Of a DNA stretch of 64,000 bases, positions 13,149-23,148 are shown one piece after another. The position numbers and the translations under genes are program-made. Numbering within the stretch: position 1 is the first letter of the stretch; the number at the start of each line of letters is the position of its first letter. This stretch comes from Scenedesmus sp. PABB004. Taxonomy: Eukaryota. Location: positions 434,001-498,000 of the forward strand of contig JABVCE010000009.1 of NCBI GenBank assembly GCA_014905635.1, in the 5' to 3' direction. The notes beneath the pieces were generated by a model that was given only the letters and a program-made list of their open reading frames with translations, was not told the origin of the DNA and ran no database searches.

Positions 13149-15531
13149 ATGGTGGCGCTCACCTACTCGCTGCGCGTGGCGCGGCGCGGCCCGGCGGGGC
13201 CGCAGGCGGCCGGCGAGGCGCGCACGTCGCTGCTGGAGCTCTCTGAGCCCGGCGCGACCGTGGAGGACCTCAGGAAGCGCGTGGCCGCGAACCTGGGTGC
13301 GGTGGCGGGGCTGGGGCGCGTGCGCGCTGCCAGCTGCAGGCCGGCGGTGTCCGCACGCCGCCGGCGCAGCGCACAGCAGCAGCGCGGCGCGCCGCCAACT
13401 TGCTCCCCGCTCGCTGGCGCAGGCTTCCCGGCCCTGATTTACGCGGTGGGGCCCAGCCTGGACACGTCTGACCACCTTTCCCTCAACCCGTACGAGCGCG
13501 TGTGCGGCGACAAGTTTTACGTGCTCGACGGCCAGCTGGCGCGCCACCGCGGGCGCGTGCGCAGCATCCACTACGACGGCAGCCTGCGCAAGCTCGCCAC
13601 GTTTGCCGAGGTCACGGCCGCGCCCGTCGCGGTGGAGCTGGAGGCGGTGGAGGTGCCCGCGGCGGCCACGGGCGCGCCGTTTGAGGTGCACGCCAAGACG
13701 CTGATCGGCAAAGTCATCCCGCTGAGCGTCAGCGCCGACACGACGGTGCTGCAGGTCCAGCAGATGATCCAGCAGCGCGAGGGTGCGTGCTCGCTGCGCC
13801 GCGCCGCGCTGTGCTTGCAGGCTGCGGGCGCACACCAAACGGCCGCGCTGCACCGCGCCGCCGCGCCGCACTGACTGGGTAGGGATTCCTGTCGGCCAGT
13901 CGCGCTACATCTTTGCCGGCAAGCAGCTGGCGGACGAGCAGACCCTCGGCGATCTGGGCCTGCGCCCGCCCGCCGTGGCCTCTGCGCACGCAGCGGCGGC
14001 CGCCGGGCTGCCCTGGCTCGCGGCCGCGCGCACCGGGGCGGAGCGCGACGCGCCGCCGCCTGCCTCCGGCGCCGTCCCAGTCATCCACCTGGTGTCGCGC
14101 CTGCGTGGCGGCATGTTCCATGTGACCAGCGGGCGCGCCGACAACCACGTGCCCCTGCCGCTCGCCGAGACCCAGGTCACGGTCGTGCTGCCGAGCGGCG
14201 CCGAGGTCGCGCTGACCGTGCCGCCCGAGATCACCGGCGGCGCGCTGCTCGCGCGCGCGCTCGCGCCGGCGGCGGAGCAGCCGCCCGGCGCGCGCGCCGG
14301 CGACGCCGACACAGCGGCAGCGGGGAGCCCTGGGCAGCAGCAGCAGGACGATCTGGCGCGCCTGCTCGCGCGCGTGCGCGAGCTGCGCATGCGCGCGGGC
14401 GGCGGCTTCAGGGCCTGGGGCAAGCGCGAGTGGGCGGCCGTGCTCGCGGCCGAGGACGCGCTGCGCCTGTGCCCCGAGACGCAGGCCGCGTACGCGGCCG
14501 CTGAGCAGCAGGACAGCGCCACGGACTGGCTGGAGGTGACGGAGGGCCTGCAGCGCCGCGTGCTGGCCGAGGCGGGCGTGGACGGCGGCGCGATGCACGT
14601 CGCGCTCGCGGAGCTCCGCGCCGCGCCGCACCGCCACGCCGCGCTGAAGCCACTGTGCCTCTACCACCGCCACCAGCGCGCGTGGGACGGGCCGCCCGTG
14701 GGCAGCGCGGTGCCGCCCGAGCTGCGGCTCGCGCCGCCGGGCGCGCCGGGCGCGCGCGTGCGCCTGCTGGACGCCTTCACCAGCCCCCGGCACGAGCTGC
14801 TGGTGGTGTTTGCCGGCAGCCACTCCTGACCCCCGTTCCGGGCCATGGTGCAGCCCATGGCCGAGCTGGCGGAGGAGTTTGGCGGGCTCGTGAGCTCGGT
14901 CGTGGTCTACATCGCCGAGGCGCACGCAGGTGTGCGCTGCGCGCGCTGCGCGCCGCCGCGCCGCGCCGCCGCGCTCGACTCGGCCTCGCCCGCGCCCCCG
15001 CCCCACGCGCGTGCGTCGCCCGCCGCAGAGGACGAGTGGCCCATCAAGAGCAGCCGCTTCAACGGCGGCCGCGGCCCCGTGTGCATCCCGCAGCACGCGA
15101 CGACCGCGGCGCGCTGCGTGGCCGCCGCGGCGTTTGCGGCAGCGTTTGGGCTCCGCCTGCCGCTGCTGGTCGACCCCGTGCCGGGGGAGGAGCGCGGCGA
15201 CGGCAGCGACCCCGGCGCCTGGCTCGCCGCGCCCGCGCCCGCGCCCGCGCCGGCCCAGCCACCCGCCGCCGCCGGCGCCGCAGCGCCGGCGGGCGGCGCG
15301 CCGCGCAGCTGCCTCGGCGGCGCGTGCGCGGCGCCGCCGGGCGCGCGGCGCGGCTACGTGGGCCTCGGCCGCAGCGGCCCCTTCGACGCGGCGCTCGCGC
15401 CGTGGCCGCTGCGCTTCTACGTGCTCGACCGCCGCGGCGTGCTGCGCTTCAGGGCCGACCCACGCGACTGCGCGTACGACATCCTCGAGCTGCGCGCGTT
15501 CCTGCAGGGCGCGGCGGCGCGGCCCGCGTAG
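13149..15531 (+). CDS. Ubiquitin-like domain / iodothyronine deiodinase-like selenoprotein fusion (Sec at TGA 14827-14829)
   Basis: Exons 13149-13296, 13423-13782, 13883-14929, 15029-15531 (all GT-AG). Ubl part: FEVHAKTLIGKVIPLSVSADTTVLQVQQMIQQRE|GIPVGQSRYIFAGKQLADEQTL...IHLVSRLRGG. Deiodinase part: LLVVFAGSHS-U-PPFRAM..VVYIAEAHA|EDEWP..QHATTAARCVAA..LLVDPV..APWPLRFYVL. SECIS in the 3' UTR. Confidence 0.88.
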
Positions 15532-15590
15532 CCGCGCGCGCGCGCGCGCGGGAGCGGGGGCGGCGCGCCAGCGCGGCGGCGGCGGCGGCG

Positions 15591-15674
15591 GCGGCGGGCT
15601 GCCATGACGGCGGGGCCCCCACCCCGGGCGCGCGCGCCCGGGCGGGCCCCGCCCGACCCCCGCCTGCCCGCCGC
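15591..15674 (+). promoter_or_regulatory. SECIS element (form 2, C-rich apical motif)
   Basis: Helix I GCGGCGGGC 15591-15599 / GCCCGCCGC 15666-15674. Core ATGAC 15604-15608 / CGAC 15654-15657. Perfect 10-bp helix II 15609-15618 / 15644-15653. Apical mini-stem 15623-15630 / 15635-15642. Lies 60 nt after the stop of a gene with an in-frame TGA. Confidence 0.82.
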
Positions 15675-15818
15675 ACGCCGCACGCCGCCCGCGCTGGCGT
15701 GCTTGGCTCCCCCTGCGTGCTGCTGTGTGCTCGACCCAGTTGAACGCGCGAGTTGACCCCACACGCGCCGCCCGCGGCCCTCGCGCGACGGCACGCCACT
15801 CGGCAGCGGCGCTGCGCA

Positions 15819-16066
15819 GCTGATGGTCGCCGCCCATGGCGCTGCGCTGCGCCCGGGCCAGGGGCGCTCGTCGCGCTCGTCGCGTCGACAACCACGTGCC
15901 CCTGCCGCGGCGCGCTGCCCACTCGATCGCGCACGGCCAGGGCGGTGCTGCCCCCCGCGTGCCGGGCGGCGGCGCCGCTGCCGGCGCGGCGGAGCTGGGG
16001 CGGGCGCCTGGCGCGCCCTGGCCCGGGTCCTGCCTGCAGTGCGTGGTGGTGGCGCCCGGTCTGCAG
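15819..16066. repeat. Diverged inverted copy (about 250 bp) of 24396-24657
   Basis: Colinear reverse-complement similarity, including a 38-nt exact match (16029-16066 vs 24396-24433) and a 22-nt exact match around the ARID gene ATG (15819-15840 vs 24636-24657). Confidence 0.9.
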
Positions 16067-16335
16067 GCGCGCCATCGGGGGGAGGGGGGGCGCAGCGTTC
16101 GAGCGGCGCTCGAACTCGCAACGGTCACCGGCGGCCCGAGCCCTGCCCCGCGCCCCAGCGGCTCAGCGCGCCGCGCCGTCCGGTGCGCGCCGCTGTTTCC
16201 GCCCGCATCGGCGTCCTCGCCGAGCCCCTCCGCCCGCATCGGCGCTGGTCAACTCAGCCCTCCGTCGCCCGCCCCCCACGCGCCGCAGCCGGGCCGCTTC
16301 GCCCCCGCGCGTGCGCCGCCGTGAAGCGCGACAGC

Positions 16336-19300
16336 ATGACGCGCCTCCTCCTGGATCGCGCCGTCCCGCGCCTGTTTGCCAAGCGCGCCTCGAAGGCCGC
16401 GTACTCGAAGGCCGAATTTCTCGAGGACGCCGCGCCGCCTCGCGACTCGGAGCCCCAGATCCTGGACGGGGAGCTGGCGGAGGCTGATCAGGGGGAGCAG
16501 ATCACGGCGGCCGAGCCCCCGGCGGCGGCCGAGCCGGCCGCGGCGGCCGAGCCCATGGATTCGCTGCTGCCCTGCGGGGAGCCCGCCAGCGACGCGCCGG
16601 CGGCGGCTGCCAGCGAGGCTCCCAAGAAGCGCAAGGGCCTGCTCGAGCTGTTCCACCTCACCAGGGCCCGGGACAAGCAGGCGGCGGAGCAGGGCGCGCC
16701 GGCGCCGGCGCGCTACAAGGCGATCCTGCGCCGCCTCGCGCGCAAGGCCAGGGCGCCCGCGCCCGCGCCCGCGCCCGCGGCGCCCAGGCCGGCCAAGGCC
16801 GCCAAGGTGCGGCGGCGAGCGCGGCGGCGGTGCGCGCACGCGCGCGCGCATCGGCTCGGTGCGGGCTCAGGCCGCCGCGCGCGCCCCGCCCCCGCCGCCC
16901 ACGCTGCGCGCAGAAGAACCCGCACGCCCTGCACGCCGCGGCGTGGCGCACCGACGTCGCCGAGCTGGGCGCGCTGCTCGATGCCGGCGGCGACACGTCG
17001 AAGCGCGACCGCGCCGGCCTGACCGCGCTGCACTACGCCGCGTGGCAGGGGAGCGTCGAGGGCGTCGAGCTGCTGCTCGGCGCCGGCGCCAAGGCCGACG
17101 CGGCCGACCCGGAGGGCATGCTGCCGCTCCACTTTGCGGCGTGGTTCAACCGCCTCGACGTCGCGGCGCTGCTGCTCGACCGCGGCAGCGCGCTCAACCC
17201 GCCCGCGCGCGGCGGGCAGTGGCCGACGACGCCGCTCATCTACGCGGCCAAGATGGGGCACGCCGACATGGCCGCGCTGCTCATGGAGCGCGGCGCCGAC
17301 GTCGCGGCGACGTACAAGGCCGCGAGCAGCGCGCTGCACGAGGCCGCGTGGGCGGGGCACGCGGCGGTGGTCGCCGAGATGCTGCGCCGCGGCGTGAGCC
17401 ACGACCTCGCGACCTCGGTGCGGCCGCGCGCCGCCGCCGCCGCCTCCGCCGCGCGCCGCCGCCGCGGCCAGCCGCGCGCCGGGGCTTGCTTGCACGCGCG
17501 GCCCACCCCGCGGCCCACCCCGCCCCGCCCCTCCCCGCCGCCGCCGCCCGACCCGCCGCGCAGAAGAGCAAGTACCGCCCGCTGCACCTGGCGGCGATGA
17601 GCGGCAGCACCGCGGTCGTGGCCGAGCTGCTCGCCCAGGGCGCCTGGGTCGACGCGCGCTCCCAGGCGCGCCCGGACGCGCGCGCGCCCGATCACGGCGG
17701 CGCGGCGCGGCACACGGCGTGGCCGCACCGCCCTCCCTCACACGCGCCCGCCGCCCGCCGCCGCCGCGCGCGCAGATGGGGCGCACGCCCCTTCACCTTT
17801 CTTGCGAGAAAGGCCACGTCGGTGCCGCGGCCGCGCTGGTCGCGGGCGGGGCCGACCTGCTCGCCAAAGACAGGGTGAGGAGCAGCGCACGCGCGCGGCA
17901 CGCGCCGCGCTGCACCCAGACCGCGCGCGCCGCGCGCCGGCTCGCGCCGCGCGCCAAGCTGACGCCGCGCGCCTCCGCGCGCGCGCGCGCGCGGCGGCCG
18001 GCCGGCGCAACCCCCCCCCCCCCCGCCCCCCAGCACGGCTTCACGCCGCTGCACCTCGCGGTCGACAACAACCACACCGCCCTGGCCAAGCTGCTCCTGG
18101 ACAAGGGCGCCACGCCCGACGCGCCCGACGCGGTGCGCCGCCGCCCGCGCCGCCGGCCGCGCCGCGCGCGCGCCGTCGCCGGCCCACCGCCGCGCGCCGA
18201 CGCTCACCCGCTCTCCCCGCCCGCCCCCGCGCCCCCAACCTCCCAGCACGGCGCGCTGCCGCTCAACTTTGCTCACGACCCCGACTTCTTCAAGCTCCTC
18301 CGCGCCGTGCGCTGGTACGGCGCCGCGAGCGTGCCGAGCGGCAACAACGCGCGCAGCCGGCGCTACGTGAGCGCGTTCGAGGCGGCGGCCCCCGTGGGCA
18401 CGGCGGCGGCGGGCGCGGGCGCGGGCGACGCGCTGCGCGCGTCGACATCGAGCGAGGCGGCGGGCGCGGCCATCGCGGCCGCGGCGCAGGCCGCGCAGGC
18501 GCGCGCGGGCGGCGGCGGCTGGCTTAAGGCGCTGCGCTCGCGCCCCGCCGCCGTGGCGGCGGCCGCCGCGGCGCCGGGCAGCAGCGCGCTGACGGCGCCC
18601 GAGGACCGCGCGGCGCCCGCCGCCGACGGGCCGGCGGCGGCCGAGCCGCCGGCCGCCAGCCCCGCCGGCAGCGCGCGCAGCGGCGAGAGCGCCGCCGCGC
18701 ACGCGGCGGCGGTGAGCATGGCGCACCAGGCCGTCCAGGCGGTCGTAGAGCGCGCCGCGGTGGAAGCGGCGCTGGAGCAGCTCAAGGCCAGCCAGGGCGG
18801 CGCGCAGGGCGAGACCGCGGCGATCGGCGGGCCGCCACCCGCCGGCGCGCCCGCCGCGGCGCCTGGCGCGGCGCGGCTGAGCGCCGACGACGCGGCGCTG
18901 CTGCAGCAGATCCGCACCGCGCTCAGCGCCGGCGGCGACGACGTGGCCGCGTCGCGCCGCGGCAGCTCCGCCGCCTCGCCGCTGCCGGCCACGGCCGCCG
19001 AGGTCGACGAGGAGGAGGTGCGCGGCGCGGCGCGGCACGGCGGGGGGGGGGGGGGGAGCAGGAAGGGAGGGGCGGCGGGCGCGGCCGCAGCCCGGCTCCA
19101 GTCCAGTCGCTGGCCTGCGTGTGCGCGCGCCGGGCCGAGCTTAGCGCCGTGCTGCGCCGCGCCGCCGGGCACGCGCGCGCAGGTCCGGCTCGAGCAGTTC
19201 CTGCGCCAGCCGGCGAGCATCAGCTGCGACGCGCCCGCGCCCGCGCCCGCGCCCGCAACCTCGGACGCGGACGAGGGCGCGGGCGACGTCCAGGGCAGCT

Positions 19301-19572
19301 GCGCCGCCGGCGACCAGGCGGCCAGGCCTGCCGATGCGCGCGCGCCGCCCGGCGCCGGCGACGACGCCGCGGCGGGCGTCGCCGACGACGCGCCCGCCGC
19401 CGACGCCCGGGCGGCCGCGCCGGCCGCCGGCAAGGCCCCGCGCGGCGGTGCCGGCGCGGACGGCGCCACGCCGCCCAAGGCGCGGCCGAGCTACAAGAGC
19501 GCCACCAAGGCCTCTGCCGCAAAGCGCAAGCTCAAGGCGGGTGCCCCGCACCAGGCGCCCGCGCGCGCGTGA
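16336..19572 (+). CDS. Ankyrin-repeat protein with low-complexity Ala/Pro-rich termini
   Basis: Spliced exons give repeated ankyrin cores: HALHAAAW, GLTALHYAAWQG, GMLPLHFAAWFN, TTPLIYAAKMGH, SALHEAAWAGH, RPLHLAAMSG, GRTPLHLSCEKGH, GFTPLHLAVDNNH. Confidence 0.9.
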
Positions 19573-20089
19573 CCAGCGAGCGCGGCGGCACGGCACGCGC
19601 GCGGGTGACAGACTCAGTCCGGGGGAGGTGTGGAGCTGGTCCGCAGTTGAGGGGGCGGCTGCACGTGTGTCGAGATCAGCCGTCGCGCCGCGTGCTGGGT
19701 CGAGACTCAGGCGCGCGTGTCAGAGAGGTGCGGCAGGTAGCGTTAGGAGCGTGGGTTCGATCCGGCTGGGTAGTTAAAGGCTGCGGGGGCCGTCGTAGGG
19801 CGGCGGTCAGATGTGTGGCGGCGGCGGCACCACGGAAGCAGCGCGCGCGCGCACGCGCACAAGAGTGAGCGCTTCCTGGTGCCGCGCGAGGTGCCCCGAT
19901 CGGCGTTCTACGACGCCGCCGACACCTCCCATCACACAAATCAGCGCGGCTGCTCACCGCGCCACAAAGCACTTCGCGAGGCTGGCCGCCCCGTCAACAG
20001 CTTCGCCCGCCGCCCCAACCTTCTCCGCTGCAGAGCAGGCCAGCGAATACACGAGAAAATCAGCCGTGCGATCGTCTAACCGCGCGAGC

Positions 20090-22879
20090 ATGGCCGCAGG
20101 CCGACCGCGCGCGCCGCGCCGGGCGAGTCACGACGCGATCCTCTCCGCCGCGCTCTTTCTGCTGCTCGTGACGGCGAGTGCGGCAGCCGGACGCGGTCCT
20201 CTGACGAGGCGTGAGTCTTTTTCGGGTGCGGCAGCAGGATCACTCCTGCGCGCCGCCCGGCGGCACCCGTCGCGCGCGCGCAGCTGCTCGCCGCCTGCTG
20301 TGTCGTCGCCGCCGCTCGACGCTGCCCGCGCACCTCAACACACCGCACCCGGCTCCCCCGCAGGCGCCCGGCGACTGCAGCAGGTGCCGGCAAGCCCCGC
20401 GCCGAGCGTGCAGCCGGTCGGCGCGGCACTTCTGGAAGTGCGGCCCGCCGGCCCACTGGCCGCGGCCGCCATCGCGCCGGCGGGAGCCGCCGACGGCGCC
20501 GGCAACGCCACGGCTGCGTCTCCCACCCCACTGGCCGCGGCCGCCGTCGCGCCGGCGGGGGCCGCCGACGGCGCCAGCAACGCCACGGCTGTGTCGGCCG
20601 CCCCACTGGCTGCGGCCGTCGTCGCGCCGGCGGGGGCCGCCGACGGCGCCGGCAACGCCACGGCGGTGTCGCCCGCCCCACTGGCCGCGGCCGTCGTCGC
20701 GCCGGCGGGGGCCGCCGACGGCGCCGGCAACGCCACGGCGGTGTCGCCCGCCCCACTGGCCGCGGCCGCCGTCGCGCCGGCGGGGGCCGCCGACGGCGCC
20801 GGCAACGCCACGGCCGTGTCGCCCGCCCCGGGCGAGCCCGACGAGCCCGACCCGCCGGCGGGGCCATATGACGTCGTGCCCGACCCGCCCGATAGCAGCG
20901 CCGCCACCCCCGGCACCCCCGGCAGTGTCACTGCCGCCGGCGCGGTTGCTCACGCCAATGCCACCAACGCTACGAGTGCACCTGCTGGCGTCGCGGCTGT
21001 CACCGCCACGACCACCGGCGCGGGCGCCAACGCCACGAGCACCCCCGCCACCACAGCGGCGGGCGGCACCGGAGCGCTCGGCGATGGACGCCGCGCAGAC
21101 AACGCAAGTGCTGCCGGCGCAGCGCCTGCAGCGCCGAGCGCCCCTGGTGGGCCTGCGCCTGCCGCCGACGCGGGCGCCGGCGCGGCAGCGCCCGTTCAGG
21201 AGCCCGCCGGCGACGCCACTGCCAGCAGCCGCCCCACCGCGGGCGCGCCCGCTGCGCCGCCGTCAGCCACCGCCGAGCTGCAGAAGCAGCGTGAGTGCGC
21301 GCGGGGGCGGGGCCCCGCTGCCGGGCCCCTCGCATGCCTGCGCGCTGCCTCGCTGGCGCCGCGCACGTGCCCATGCGCCCCTGCCGCCGCCGCCGTCGCC
21401 GCCGCCGCCGCCCGCGGGCAGTGCTGCTCGCGACCGCGGGCGCGCTCGCTGGCACCAACCCCCTCGCGCTCGCGGCGTGGCGCGAGGACGCGCCGATGTG
21501 CAGCTGGCCGGGGATCAAGTGCGACCCCGCGGAAGGCCTCGTGCGAGTGATCAGCATGCCGGGCGCGGGGCTCGCGGGCACGCTGCCGGTGGCCTGGAGC
21601 GCGCTGACCACGCTGCGCGTCATCAGCCTCGGCAACAACGCCCTGCTCGGCACGCTGCCGGCGAGCTGGGGCGCGCTGACCGGCCTGCGCGTGCTGGGGC
21701 TGCGGAACAACGGGCTCATCGGCTCCCTGCCGGCCACCTGGGGCCAGCTCGGGGGCTTGACGAGCCTCTACCTCTCCGGCAATAGGCTGTCGGGGCTCTT
21801 GCCTGATGAGTGGGGCGGCATGAAGTCCCTGGCGCTGGCGTACCTCGGCAACAACGGCCTCTTTGGCGCCGTGCCCTCGGCCTGGGCGGCGCTGCCGAGG
21901 CTCGTCGGCATGTGAGCCGCGGCGCGCGCGCGGCGCGCGCCGGGTGCCGCGGCGCTGGGCGCCGCGCCGCGCTGGGCGCCGCCGTGACCGCCGCCGCGCG
22001 CGCGCCGCAGCGATCTGTCGTCCAACAGCCTGTCCAGCACGTTCCCCGCGTCCAGCTGGTCGAACCTCCCCGCGCTGAGCTGGGTGGGGCTGCACGACAA
22101 CCCGGGGCTGCGCGGCTGCCTGCCGGCGGCGTGGCGCGACCGCACCTTCAGCATGCTCACCGCGGACACGGGCAGCGAGGCCGGCGTGGCGGGCGCGGGC
22201 AGCGAGGACGGCACGGGCCCTGCCGAGCCGGAGCCCAGCGTGCGCGTGCCGGTGGGCGTGCGCGCCGGCGGCGACGCGGGCGCGCAGCTCGTGCCGGGCG
22301 CGGGGCCGCTCGCCGGGACGGCGATGACCGGCTGGTGCGCTGGCAGCGCTGCGCCCCTGCCGGGGGCCGGGGCAGGTGCGGCTCCCGTGGTGCCGGGCCC
22401 GCTGGCCGGCGCGGCGGGCCCCGCCGTGCTGCTGTCGCCGGCGGCTGCACCCGGCTCAGCTGAGCCTGCGGCGGTGGAGCCTGCGGCGGCTGTGCCAGCG
22501 AAGAGTCCGTTGCCGCCGGCTCCGGTGCCCCCGGCTCCGGTGCCGCCGGCTCCGCAGCCGGGCGCGACTGAGCCGGTGGCGGCTGTGCCGGCCGAGGCAG
22601 AGCCGGCCGTCGCTGAGCCGGCGGCTGCTGAGCCTGTGGCAGCTGTGCCTGCGGCGGTTGTGCCAGCGGCGGCTGAGCCGGCGGCCGCTGTGGAGCCGGT
22701 GGCGGCGGGGCGTTGGGTCCGGCGCCAGGGTCGCCGCTGCCCGTGAGCCTGGCGCCAGGGTCGCCGCTGCCCGTGAGCCTGGCGCCAGGGTCGCCGCTGC
22801 CGTGAGCCCAGCCGACGTGCCAGTGGGAACGGCTGACGCCGCCGCCAGCGGCGAGAACGCGGAGAGGTCGCTGGTGTGA
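20090..22879 (+). CDS. Secreted plant-type leucine-rich repeat protein flanked by Ala/Pro-rich repeat regions; 3' end uncertain (22746 as read, 22879 if a 1-nt indel is corrected)
   Basis: Signal-like ILSAALFLLLVTASAAAG; LRRNT cap CSWPGIKC; about 6 LRRs of type LxxLxLxxNxLxGxLPxxW at about 21500-22130; C-cap GLRGCLP. Confidence 0.85.
20453..20829 (+). repeat. Coding tandem repeat, 5 x 75 nt (PLAAAxVAPAGAADGAGNATAVSPA)
   Basis: Units start at 20453, 20528, 20603, 20678 and 20753; near identical, no spacers. Confidence 0.95.
22721..22809 (+). repeat. Tandem repeat, about 3 x 30 nt (ggcgccagggtcgccgctgcccgtgagcct)
   Basis: Directly visible; the third copy differs by a 1-nt deletion. Confidence 0.9.
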
Positions 22880-23148
22880 GGGGAAGTGCGGCGGTTTGAG
22901 GAAAGCAGAGGGGGGTCCGAGGGAGCAACGCGGCGCCGCGGACGCAGCTCAGGGGAGGTTAACCGGCCGGAGCCCCTCGCCGCGCCAGCCCTTGCGCAAG
23001 GGCTGGCGTATGCGCTGCCCGCCGCTCGCTGCCTGGGGCTCACGAGTCTAGCGGCGGCGCCCCTCGCCGCCGCGCGCCGCGGCTGCAGCTGCAGCCGCGG
23101 CCCTCGCGCTCGTGCCTCCGAGCCGCCTCGTCGCCGCCGCCGCTACCG

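Noticed and set aside
14827..14829. TGA as a true stop, making two genes or a pseudogene
   Set aside because: The TGA falls on the deiodinase Sec column, the frame and conserved motifs continue on both sides, and a SECIS follows.
20453..20829. CRISPR-like array
   Set aside because: Contiguous 75-nt in-frame coding repeats with no unique spacers, in a eukaryotic gene, with no cas genes nearby.
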